DNA from: a virus
Lineage: Duplodnaviria > Caudoviricetes
Reading direction: 5' to 3' (one strand)
Length of the DNA stretch: 64,000 bases
Virus record (IMG/VR): IMGVR_UViG_3300048854_000081
Span: 128,001-192,000 of that record
In this document: one piece after another, positions 51,402 through 60,644 of the stretch
Layout of the letters: each line of letters starts with the position of its first letter
Position numbering within the stretch: the first letter of the stretch is position 1
Notes under the pieces: model-generated
Told to the model about the DNA's origin: nothing
Database searches by the model: none
The model's input: the letters and a program-made list of their open reading frames with translations, nothing else
Made by a program: the position numbers and the translations under genes

Positions 51402-51835
51402 CATAGATGAATCGTTAATGAACGGTTCATGGATTGCAATTTCACAGGAAGTGATACAATTTACAAATCTTGATTAGGCTGATCTAGTAGGTGCAATACC
51501 GAAGGACGGAGGGTTAAGACATATTATGTTTAGAGACTGATATGTTCAGTAAGCCCGCACGGTCTATGTGAGAGTGTTATAGAAATATAGTTTTTCCGAG
51601 ATTAAACTTTTCTACAACTACTTGACTCACTAAAAATACCATTCATCCTCTAAGGTGATGGGATCGGAGGAATCAGTTAGGAACTGAAACCAATGTAGCC
51701 GTATATAGAGCACGCAGTCAACACATTTGCTCTAGATCGATGTTAGTGATACATGGCATAAACGTATCGGGTTTGGTAGCGAACTAGTTAACCCATAATA
51801 TTAAAATATATTATAAAAAACGGGGGTAGGGTAGA
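51402..51835 (+). ncRNA. Candidate structured non-coding RNA (family not recognised)
   Basis: No ORF of 60 aa or more; upstream promoter; dense succession of stems, several with G-U pairs on the + strand. Confidence 0.4.
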
Positions 51836-51880
51836 TCATAAAGCTCTTCTCTATAAACTAATATAAAAAGTCCATAATTG

Positions 51881-51936
51881 GAATTAGAACGAAGTTCTAA
51901 TTCAATTTAGAAATAAACTTCGTTTATTTCTAAATT
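51881..51936. repeat. Two abutting perfect palindromes with GAA/TTC triloops
   Basis: GAATTAGAAC-GAA-GTTCTAATTC and AATTTAGAAATAAAC-TTC-GTTTATTTCTAAATT. Confidence 0.9.
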
Positions 51937-52005
51937 CATTTAATATTGATTTATAGATATTTAATATTATTAATTATGCACCAATTACATTACATATAAA
52001 AGCAC

Positions 52006-52034
52006 TTGACAAGAAAGCAATAAGCGCATATAAT
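52006..52034 (+). promoter_or_regulatory. Consensus sigma70 (early) promoter for the helicase-gp47-gp46 operon
   Basis: TTGACA-17 nt-TATAAT, exact match. Confidence 0.85.
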
Positions 52035-52149
52035 GCACTTGCTCTACAAGGAAAGAAGATACTATTAAAAGCAATAGATTTATATTATGTGAATTAGACA
52101 TTGTAGATTTCTATGTGATAGTATCCCGGTCCCCACAAGAGGCAAAGCA

Positions 52150-53754
52150 ATGACTGACTCCAACATCCTAAATTACTGGCCTATGCCTAATTTCCCACCT
52201 CGCTTCTCCCAAGAGAAAGTGCTGAAGTGGATGGAATCTCTACCACCGAATATCAAGTACATTCTATGTGAAATCCCTGTTGGTGGTGGTAAGTCACCTA
52301 TCGGTCTGAATCTAAGTGCATACCTAGCCAATTCATACGGCAACTCCTTCATTCTTACCCCACAGAAGATTCTACAAAAGCAGTATCAAGACTCCTTTGA
52401 TAAGGAACACCTCTTTTCTCTCTATGGGAAAGGGAACTACAAGTGTGCTCCAAAGGACACCAATTGTGATGTAGGTGCTGATCTAAAGCCGCGTTGCGAA
52501 AGCTGTCCACATAGGAACGCCATGACACAGGCGAAGTCCTCACCTAATATCGTATTGAACTACACCTTGGCTCTTCTCCTGTTCATGCTAAACAATGAAT
52601 TGAAGATTTCCAAGAGAAAGCTAATTGTATTCGACGAATGCCATACCTTGGAACATCACCTAACCGAATTCAAAGCACTTCAAATTGGTGAGAAGCGCTG
52701 CCGTCAGTTCAAGGTCAAGTTTCAGACACCTAAGAACGAATATGAAGCAGTTGAATGGCTAGCTGATATCTACAAGCCAGCAGTTATCAAGGAATACAAT
52801 TCCCTTAAGGCAGTTGTAGATGAAATCATGTCTCGTTACGAAGATGGCGAAGCCATGGAACGTGCTGACGCAGAACTGATCAATAAGCTAAAGGATGTCG
52901 TCGGACACCTAGATTCGCTTAATGAATACACAGCTATGACCATTGATGAGATATTAGAGAAGTACGCACTCATTCGTGATAAGTCATTTTTCAAATTCAA
53001 GCCACTCTATGGCAAGGAGCTATTCCGCCAGTACATCAATCCAATGGCTGATCGATTCCTTTTCATGTCCTCTACCATTCTGGACAAGGACGCCTATTGC
53101 CGTGATCTTGGTATTCCGCCAAGTGAAGCCGCTTTCATTTCTATTGACTCGGAATTTGAGCTAGACAATCGTCCAGTGATCTACAGCCCTACCATGAAGA
53201 TGACCTATGGCTGGGATAAGGACGACAAGCGCAACGACAGAAAAGTCATGATAAGTAAGATTATGGAGATATGCGAAACTCATAGCGATGAGTCTGGTGT
53301 GATCCATACGGGTAGCTTCCAAGTAGCCTCATGGCTGATCAAAGAGCTACAGGGTAAGGTACCACATCACTTGATGCACCATAATCCCGAATCGGATTCA
53401 TCCCGTGATCAGGTGATTGAAGAGTTTACTAACAATAATGGTCTTCAGCCATGTTTACTGATCAGTCCTAGCGTCACCGAAGGTCTCGACCTGAAGGATG
53501 ACCGTGGCCGATTCTCCATCATCGTGAAGGTTCCGTATCCATACCTTGGGGATAACTGGGTCAAGCGTCGCCAAGAGCTATCCAAGGAGTGGTACACCCG
53601 TCAGGCTATGATCGGTATTATTCAGGCGACTGGTCGTATCGTTCGTTCAAAGACGGACTGGGGTTACAATTATATTTTAGATGAATCCTTTGGATCACTG
53701 GCGAAGATGTATTCTCGCAACATTCCAAAGTGGTTCAAAGATTCTATCCTTTAA
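52150..53754 (+). CDS. DinG/XPD-like SF2 helicase
   Basis: PVGGGKS, four-Cys cluster, FDECH, EGLDLKDD...KVPYP, QATGRIVRS. Confidence 0.88.
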   Translation: MTDSNILNYWPMPNFPPRFSQEKVLKWMESLPPNIKYILCEIPVGGGKSPIGLNLSAYLANSYGNSFILTPQKILQKQYQDSFDKEHLFSLYGKGNYKCAPKDTNCDVGADLKPRCESCPHRNAMTQAKSSPNIVLNYTLALLLFMLNNELKISKRKLIVFDECHTLEHHLTEFKALQIGEKRCRQFKVKFQTPKNEYEAVEWLADIYKPAVIKEYNSLKAVVDEIMSRYEDGEAMERADAELINKLKDVVGHLDSLNEYTAMTIDEILEKYALIRDKSFFKFKPLYGKELFRQYINPMADRFLFMSSTILDKDAYCRDLGIPPSEAAFISIDSEFELDNRPVIYSPTMKMTYGWDKDDKRNDRKVMISKIMEICETHSDESGVIHTGSFQVASWLIKELQGKVPHHLMHHNPESDSSRDQVIEEFTNNNGLQPCLLISPSVTEGLDLKDDRGRFSIIVKVPYPYLGDNWVKRRQELSKEWYTRQAMIGIIQATGRIVRSKTDWGYNYILDESFGSLAKMYSRNIPKWFKDSIL

Positions 53755-53762
53755 GGAAATAA

Positions 53763-54821
53763 ATGAGTAAGACTTTAAAGAAAGCAGCACTGTTCACGGA
53801 TATCCATTACGGTGCTCATAACAATTCCGAGCAACACAATAAAGATTGCTTAGCATATATGGATTGGTTCATCGGGGAAGTCAAAAACGACCCCGATATC
53901 GACCATATCATCTTCACTGGTGATTACTTTGAACATCGTGCATCGATTTCAGGATTAACATTACATTATTCCTATATTGGTGCTAAGAAGATCAATCAGC
54001 TTGGATTGCCTGTGTATTTCATCACAGGCAATCACGATTATTTCAATCGCAATAATCGTGATATCCATAACACCTTTGCCTTTGAAGCTTTATCCAACTT
54101 CATAGTCGTCAATTCCATCCAGTCCTTTGATGAACTGGGTGAAAAAGGTGCGGTACTATCACCATTTCTCTTTGAGCATGAATTTGTCCAACTATTAGGA
54201 TATATCGAATATCCAGTAGTCTTTGGACATTTTGAATTCAAGGATTTCGTAATCACGGGTGATACTATCGTTAAGGAACATGGACCTGATCACAAGCTCC
54301 TGAAGTCATTCAAGAGAATCATGTCAGGCCACTATCATAAGCGTCAGCAGAAGGATAACGTTGTATACATCGGCAATACCTTCCCGACCAACTTCGCAGA
54401 TGCTAATGATACTCATCGTGGTATGGCTAAGTACACTTACAAAGGTGACAAGATAGAATTCTTGGATTGGGCAGATGCACCAACCTACATCAGATGCAAG
54501 CTGTCAGATGTATTAGCTCATGCAAAGTCTATTCTTAAACCACAATCTACGGTACAATGTAAAGTTGACGTGGATTTATCTTATGAAGAATCTCTTGAAC
54601 TCAAGGCTAGTTTGATCAAGAAATACAAGCTTCGTGAGTTAACTCTTGATGAGGGTTTTGATCTTGACGATAACCTCAATGGCGAAGTGACAGAAGAAGA
54701 TGAGGATATGGACGATAGCGCGATGTCTGCGATCATCGTAGGCAAGCTAAAAACCGTATCTGCGAAGAACATTGATAATGAAAAGCTCATTACGATGTTC
54801 GAAGGACTAAATGAACGATGA
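53763..54821 (+). CDS. gp47: Mre11/SbcD-like recombination nuclease
   Basis: FTDIHYG, TGDYF, TGNHD, FGHFE, SGHYH. Confidence 0.92.
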   Translation: MSKTLKKAALFTDIHYGAHNNSEQHNKDCLAYMDWFIGEVKNDPDIDHIIFTGDYFEHRASISGLTLHYSYIGAKKINQLGLPVYFITGNHDYFNRNNRDIHNTFAFEALSNFIVVNSIQSFDELGEKGAVLSPFLFEHEFVQLLGYIEYPVVFGHFEFKDFVITGDTIVKEHGPDHKLLKSFKRIMSGHYHKRQQKDNVVYIGNTFPTNFADANDTHRGMAKYTYKGDKIEFLDWADAPTYIRCKLSDVLAHAKSILKPQSTVQCKVDVDLSYEESLELKASLIKKYKLRELTLDEGFDLDDNLNGEVTEEDEDMDDSAMSAIIVGKLKTVSAKNIDNEKLITMFEGLNER

Positions 54822-57073
54822 AGACACCTATCAGACTAATTTCTCTTTCGATGAGAAATTTTTTGTCGTACGGAAATAACCTTACGACAATCAACTTAGA
54901 ATTTGAGGAACCTACCCTTATTATCGGTAGGAATCTGGATACAATGGTCAGCGGTCAGATTGATTCCAATGGTTCCGGCAAGACCACTATCGTTAATGCT
55001 TTGGCGTGGTGTCTGTATGGCAAGCCGATTTCCAAGATTGCTCAAGACAAGTTGATCAATAATGTAAATAAAAAGAACATGGAAGTCACGGTAGTATTTG
55101 AGAAAGATGGCAAATACTACATGGTTAAACGTTATAGAAAGCATAAGGTATTGGGTGATACAGGTGTTCGTCTGTTTGAAGCAGCTTCGCTTGATGATCT
55201 TAAGGATGACAAACTTAACCTCAAGGATGGCGATAAGGCTGAGGCTAATATCAGCTTGACCAACCAGCAGTTGGTTCGCATCATTGACATGACGTATGAA
55301 GTCTTCACGATTCTTGTTATCTACAGTGCCAGACACGAACCCTTCTTTGATTTACCATCGACTTCAAAGACTGGACCCAACCAGTCAGATATCATGGAAG
55401 AATTGACTGGACTTACTGAGTTAAGTAAGTGGGCAGATGATCTAGACAAGAAAGTTAAGAAGAATAATACTGAACTTGAAATGGTGAAGGAAGTTCAGAA
55501 AGAAATTGATCGCCAAAAAGAACGTTTTGGCGAAAAGCTGAATTCGATCAAGGCTCGTGTCCAACAGTGGGAAGATATTAATGTTACTAATATCCAGCAA
55601 ACGAAAAATAAGATTGAAGAGCTTTCCAACATTGATTTTGATTTACAGAAAGAATGTCTTGAACATTATAATGTAAATAGGGAAAAGTTGAAGGAGACGT
55701 CTACTCTACTTGACCTAAAGTCAATGGAATTAACCAATCTTCAAGAAAAAGCTGAGAGTGCTCATCGTTGGGTAAAGGATCAGCAAGTCAAGCTGGAACA
55801 AGCCAGAACAAAGTTAGAATCTTTAGATGAAGTAGATTATGCTTCTGAAGAAGAAAAATTAGTAAAGATCGAAACCTTAAAGAGTGAAAGTGAGGTACTT
55901 GTACGAGCAATCAAAACCCGTACAGTGACAACCACACAGAATCATCGTCGCATGTCGGAAATTGCCGATGAGCTTGATCATCTAACTGGTAACAAGTGTC
56001 CTTACTGCTTACAGAAGTTCCAAGATGCCAAGACCAAGATAGATGATCTTGAGACTGAAAAGGGAACCTTGTATGGTGAGGTCATAAAACTTGATAAGGA
56101 AAATCTGAAAGATTCTGCCGTCGTAGAGAAGAACAAGGATGATCTGGAACAATTACAAGGTCAGGTCAATTTTAATTCATTAGTAGCACTGAACTCTCAC
56201 AAGAATCAGTACGAAAATAGTAAAAATGAAGTAGCAAGACTTGAATCGCAAGTCAATCCATATGCTGATGTAAATATGGATGAGCTTAATGAATCCATTG
56301 ATAATCTTCTAAAGGAATGGAAGAGTCTTGAGAAGAAGAAAGCCAAGTTCGCCACGGTCGTCGCAACGATCAAAGAAGAATTGATTTATGATACTGAAAC
56401 ACAATTAATCAATGATTTAAATAAGATTAATGTATTGAAGGATGAGTTGGTCAAGCTTGAGGCCGGAACTAACCCACATACTGAAACGTTAGATGATCTA
56501 TCTAACATGAAGTTTGATGAAGACAATTATAAGAAGATTGATGAGCTAGAAAAGGAAATCCTTCACCAGAAATTCCTTTACAAGCTTCTGACCAAGAAAG
56601 ATTCGTTCATTCGTAAGTCGCTTCTAAGTAAGAGTCTGAAGTTCCTAAACGAAAGGCTGAAAGACTACATGGGCATGCTTGGTATGAACCATAAAGTTAA
56701 GTTCACCGAAGAGCTAACTGCCAAGATCAGTCAGTTTGGAAATGAATTGGATTTCGGTAACCTTTCAGCCGGACAGCAAGCACGTGTAAATCTGGCACTA
56801 TCTTTCGCCTTCAAGGATGTTCTACAGAAGAGATATGGTAAGATTTCATTCTGTATCTTGGACGAATGTCTGGATGTAGGTCTTGGATCGGTAGGTGTGC
56901 AGATGGCAGCAAAGATGGTGAAGACCATTGCTATTAGAGATAAGCTATCCATGTTCATCATCAGTCACAAAGATGAAATTGCCAACATGTTCCCCAACGT
57001 GATGGAGATTGAGTTAAACAAGGGTTTCTCGTCTATCTTGAAATCTAAATTATCAAGTACTGAATATGCATAA
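54818..57073 (+). CDS. gp46: Rad50/SbcC-like recombination ATPase
   Basis: NFLSYG, NGSGKTT, CPYC zinc hook, LSAGQ, ILDE, ISH. Confidence 0.93.
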   Translation: MKTPIRLISLSMRNFLSYGNNLTTINLEFEEPTLIIGRNLDTMVSGQIDSNGSGKTTIVNALAWCLYGKPISKIAQDKLINNVNKKNMEVTVVFEKDGKYYMVKRYRKHKVLGDTGVRLFEAASLDDLKDDKLNLKDGDKAEANISLTNQQLVRIIDMTYEVFTILVIYSARHEPFFDLPSTSKTGPNQSDIMEELTGLTELSKWADDLDKKVKKNNTELEMVKEVQKEIDRQKERFGEKLNSIKARVQQWEDINVTNIQQTKNKIEELSNIDFDLQKECLEHYNVNREKLKETSTLLDLKSMELTNLQEKAESAHRWVKDQQVKLEQARTKLESLDEVDYASEEEKLVKIETLKSESEVLVRAIKTRTVTTTQNHRRMSEIADELDHLTGNKCPYCLQKFQDAKTKIDDLETEKGTLYGEVIKLDKENLKDSAVVEKNKDDLEQLQGQVNFNSLVALNSHKNQYENSKNEVARLESQVNPYADVNMDELNESIDNLLKEWKSLEKKKAKFATVVATIKEELIYDTETQLINDLNKINVLKDELVKLEAGTNPHTETLDDLSNMKFDEDNYKKIDELEKEILHQKFLYKLLTKKDSFIRKSLLSKSLKFLNERLKDYMGMLGMNHKVKFTEELTAKISQFGNELDFGNLSAGQQARVNLALSFAFKDVLQKRYGKISFCILDECLDVGLGSVGVQMAAKMVKTIAIRDKLSMFIISHKDEIANMFPNVMEIELNKGFSSILKSKLSSTEYA

Positions 57074-57075
57074 AG

Positions 57076-57100
57076 AAAAGCCCGCTTTCGCGGGCTTTTT
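57076..57100. terminator. Bidirectional intrinsic terminator
   Basis: AAAAGCCCGC-TTTC-GCGGGCTTTTT between convergent genes. Confidence 0.85.
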
Positions 57101-57101
57101 C

Positions 57102-57602
57102 TTATTCTGAGAAATCTGTGTCGGTTACATCTATTACTTCGGAAGCGGAATATTCGAATGTGGTATCACTTACACTATCGCTGGTAGACATGTGACTTTC
57201 AAAGTCATCGAAACCATTACGATCTAGGAAGGAGAAGGATGGGGATTCACCATGAGAAATTAGAATTTCGTCTCTGATGTCTCTCTGCTTTCTTTCTGTA
57301 TTATCAAACTGGAAGAAAGCGTGCTTGATGGTTTGAGTAAAATAAGCGAATGGGTTGTTACTTTTCTGTGCATTGAATCCCTTCCACACCTTGACGATGG
57401 TTAGAAGAGCAAATGCTTGCATATCTTCATTATACGTATAATTGGCAAATCGGCCTTTCATAGCAAATCGATGGGTTAGCATCATAAGCATTCTGGTCAA
57501 ATTGTCAGTCATCTTACTTTGACTATTACTAATTTCTAACTCTTTGAGAAGGTCAGCATTGTTAATATAGTTCTTTTTCTTTTTAGGCTTAATTTCGGTC
57601 AT
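57102..57602 (-). CDS. gp55: Late transcription sigma factor
   Basis: NYINNADLL, FANYTYNEDM, NPFAYFTQ. Confidence 0.9.
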   Translation of the reverse strand: MTEIKPKKKKNYINNADLLKELEISNSQSKMTDNLTRMLMMLTHRFAMKGRFANYTYNEDMQAFALLTIVKVWKGFNAQKSNNPFAYFTQTIKHAFFQFDNTERKQRDIRDEILISHGESPSFSFLDRNGFDDFESHMSTSDSVSDTTFEYSASEVIDVTDTDFSE

Positions 57603-57629
57603 TGTTTACTCATACATGTAATGTTATAA

Positions 57630-57659
57630 AATATATCATAATTATCTATTATTTGTCAA
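57630..57659 (-). promoter_or_regulatory. Sigma70-type promoter for gp55
   Basis: TTGACA-18 nt-TATATT with an extended TG. Confidence 0.5.
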
Positions 57660-57712
57660 CAATATATAAACTTCTATTTACATAAATATCAATATATTTG
57701 AGTGAATAGTAG

Positions 57713-60607
57713 ATGGCAACCAATGATATCGATGTACAAGCATTAAGAAATGCTGTCAATGCGATGGCTAAAGCCCTAGGTGGGAATACCGGATTCAGCG
57801 GTGCCGCCACTGGCGGTAGGAGTAGTGCATACTCTTCCTATAAGAATGACGATAATAATGAGGTCGATTACGACAAGCTAAAGCGCATCATGAAAAATAA
57901 TGGTGACGTAGCTCAGCAGATATTAGTTACCTTAAAAAATGTATCAAAATCCAATAGTAAGATTGCCGATCTATATTCAGACCTAGAAAAATCTACTCGT
58001 AACCAGACCGATATCCAGAGAAAAGCTGCATTGGCACTGGCTGATTTCCTTTCCAAAACCAAGGATGTGACCGGTTCTTTGGAAAAAGTTTCCATTACAA
58101 TGAAGAAAACCAACGATAGTCTTAAGGGTAGCGATGCTGCCATTGAGGCTTGGCAGAAAGCCGTTGCCCGTCAACAGTTTCTACTAAAGCAGATGAATGA
58201 CTCGGAAGAGGCTTTCATTAAGAAGCGTAAGGAACTGGAAGAAAAGATTGCTAAGCAGACTGCTCAAAAGAAAGGCACAACGAAAACCAAGGAAGAATTG
58301 GCAGACGTTATGGATGAATTTGCCGAAGATGTAAAGGCATACCATGAAGAGCTAGATAAGAATAAGAAAAGTCTAGATGCCCTTGATGAATCCGTATCGG
58401 AAATTATCAAAAATTTTGAAGACCTAGATAAAATCACGAATACTCTTACTGCTGCACAGAAAGACCAGTTAAAGCGCTATAGAGATATGACCGCTGATCA
58501 GCGTAAAGCATCAGGCATCAATGATTCCCTAAAGGAAAGTATTGAAGGTCTAGATGGTGGTACCAAGATTGCAGCCGATAACATTGTAAAGAATTCTAAA
58601 ACTGCCGGTGACAGCTTGGTCAAGGCTGGTCAGTATGCATTAAAGTTCGGTAAACTATTGGTAGCCATGGTTCCCGGCTTGGTCAATGACATGCTTGCCC
58701 GTGATCGTTACAACGTTAGTACCCATGATTACAAGGGTGACATCGGTCGAGGTATCAGTGAGCAAGAGCGTGCACAGTTAATCGGTACCAACCGTAATAT
58801 TTTTAGATCATCCGGTGGTGGTGACGAAACCAAGGGCTTTAACAACTCGGCTGAATTGCAGAGAACCGCACATCTATTTGGTGTGACGGGTGCCGATGCT
58901 ATTAAGAAAGTACTAGAAACTCAACAGACATCTGCTGGATTCGGTGTTTCGTACGGTAACATTGCAGCCCAAAAGCTTCAGATGACCACCATGCGAGAAA
59001 TGGCTAAGCAGATTGGTGTGACTGATGATGAGCTTAAGGATTTCTATAGTTCGCTTCAGGATATGGGTCAGACTGCTGCTCTGAGTCAGAAGTATGCTGA
59101 TAAGAACGATATTGAACGTTCTAAGGCTATTAACAAGGAAATCTACGAAAGAACCCGATTGAATACTGCGTTGGGTATCAGCCTAGAACAGCAAAAGCAA
59201 GCTCAACAAGCCGCAGTTAACCAAAAATACGGTGGTATCGAATCCTTAATCAAAGGTAAGATTGGCGGTGATATATTAACCAAAGATTTTGAAAATAATG
59301 GTGGACAATTAACCGCCCGCCAAAAGCAATTGGTTACTGATAATATTCAGACCAAGGGTGCATATTTGACTGGTAAAGATGCCGATGATTATCAGTCGGC
59401 TGTACAGTCTATAGCCTCCCAGCGTTCCGGAAGATTACAAAAAGCCGGTGAAGCTAACTCTCAGGGTAACTATAGACCTTTAGCTGGTGAAGAAGCCAAC
59501 AATGCGATTTACAGTTCGTTAGGATTGGACGTTCAAGACTTTGACGTTACAAACTCTAAGAATGCTCAACAGCGTAAAGCTCAGGGTGAGAATGCTGTTG
59601 GTAATGCTTCATTTAATGACGTTCTTAAATCGGCCCAGTCATCCCTTGATGGTCCTGATGGCTTCACTGCTGCTGTCTATAATGCTACTGAAGCTTTGAC
59701 TGGTTTGAAGAAATCCCCAGTTGGTGACATTGCAGCATTTGTTGGTGGTGCTATTGCACAATATTTGGGACAAAAGGTTGTAGGTAAAGCTGCCGGATGG
59801 ATAGCAGGTAAGGTCGCTGGTACTGCCGGAGGTGCAGCCGCCGAAGGTCTTGCTGGAACTGTCGCCGGTGGAACAGTAGGTAAAGCTGCCGGTTTACTTG
59901 CTAAAGCTAAGGGTTTTGGTGCGAGAGGTATTGCCGGTGGTCTTGCTGCTTACGGTATCAATGCGCTCTATGGTGATGCGGATACATTATCCGAAGGTAA
60001 TGATGACTTAGGATCACAAGCATTGCGCGGTGGCGATTACGTAGCCAATGCTGCCATGGGTTCAGGTTTCCTTCCAGCCATGGCATTAGGTGGTACGTAT
60101 AAGGTCGCAACGCGTGCTGGCAACTCCATTCAAAAACAATTAGCTAAATCCTCTACCTTCAATGATCTATCTGACGTTGCCTTTGGTTCTACCATTGGTG
60201 GTGTTCAGGCATTGTTTGGTGGTGATAAGGCTGGTTGGAATCAGGCGAAAAGTGGAGCTTATTCACTATCCAACAGTGTTAGATCACTTGTTGGTCTAGA
60301 CCCATTAAGCCAATCCACAGGTACAAACAACTTCGTACCACCTCAGGCTGGTCAAACTCCTAACCAGACATTGAATAATCAAATTATGCAGCAGGCTCAG
60401 CAGGCTCTATCTAATGGTGATGCCGATAAGGCAACGAAATTACTAGAGTCTATCGCTAAGTCGAATGCGGAAATGAATAGCCGTGACGATAAGGATGCCC
60501 AACAGAAGGCCGCAGAACAGCAGGCTAACATTGGTTCGGCTTACTCTGAATACGCTAAACACTTGGATGGCGTATTTGGGTCGGTCAGTCACGGTACTGC
60601 CGCTTAA
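57713..60607 (+). CDS. Tape measure-like protein
   Basis: 964 aa, helical A/K/Q-rich with a G/A-rich hydrophobic segment; CATAAATA at 57681-57688. Confidence 0.55.
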   Translation: MATNDIDVQALRNAVNAMAKALGGNTGFSGAATGGRSSAYSSYKNDDNNEVDYDKLKRIMKNNGDVAQQILVTLKNVSKSNSKIADLYSDLEKSTRNQTDIQRKAALALADFLSKTKDVTGSLEKVSITMKKTNDSLKGSDAAIEAWQKAVARQQFLLKQMNDSEEAFIKKRKELEEKIAKQTAQKKGTTKTKEELADVMDEFAEDVKAYHEELDKNKKSLDALDESVSEIIKNFEDLDKITNTLTAAQKDQLKRYRDMTADQRKASGINDSLKESIEGLDGGTKIAADNIVKNSKTAGDSLVKAGQYALKFGKLLVAMVPGLVNDMLARDRYNVSTHDYKGDIGRGISEQERAQLIGTNRNIFRSSGGGDETKGFNNSAELQRTAHLFGVTGADAIKKVLETQQTSAGFGVSYGNIAAQKLQMTTMREMAKQIGVTDDELKDFYSSLQDMGQTAALSQKYADKNDIERSKAINKEIYERTRLNTALGISLEQQKQAQQAAVNQKYGGIESLIKGKIGGDILTKDFENNGGQLTARQKQLVTDNIQTKGAYLTGKDADDYQSAVQSIASQRSGRLQKAGEANSQGNYRPLAGEEANNAIYSSLGLDVQDFDVTNSKNAQQRKAQGENAVGNASFNDVLKSAQSSLDGPDGFTAAVYNATEALTGLKKSPVGDIAAFVGGAIAQYLGQKVVGKAAGWIAGKVAGTAGGAAAEGLAGTVAGGTVGKAAGLLAKAKGFGARGIAGGLAAYGINALYGDADTLSEGNDDLGSQALRGGDYVANAAMGSGFLPAMALGGTYKVATRAGNSIQKQLAKSSTFNDLSDVAFGSTIGGVQALFGGDKAGWNQAKSGAYSLSNSVRSLVGLDPLSQSTGTNNFVPPQAGQTPNQTLNNQIMQQAQQALSNGDADKATKLLESIAKSNAEMNSRDDKDAQQKAAEQQANIGSAYSEYAKHLDGVFGSVSHGTAA

Positions 60608-60644
60608 AAAACGCATAAATAATTGAATCAAAGAGATTTTCAAG

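Noticed and set aside
51402-51835. tRNA, tmRNA, RNase P RNA or group I intron
   Set aside because: No cloverleaf/CCA end, no RNase P consensus and no interrupted gene were recognised; kept only as an unassigned candidate.
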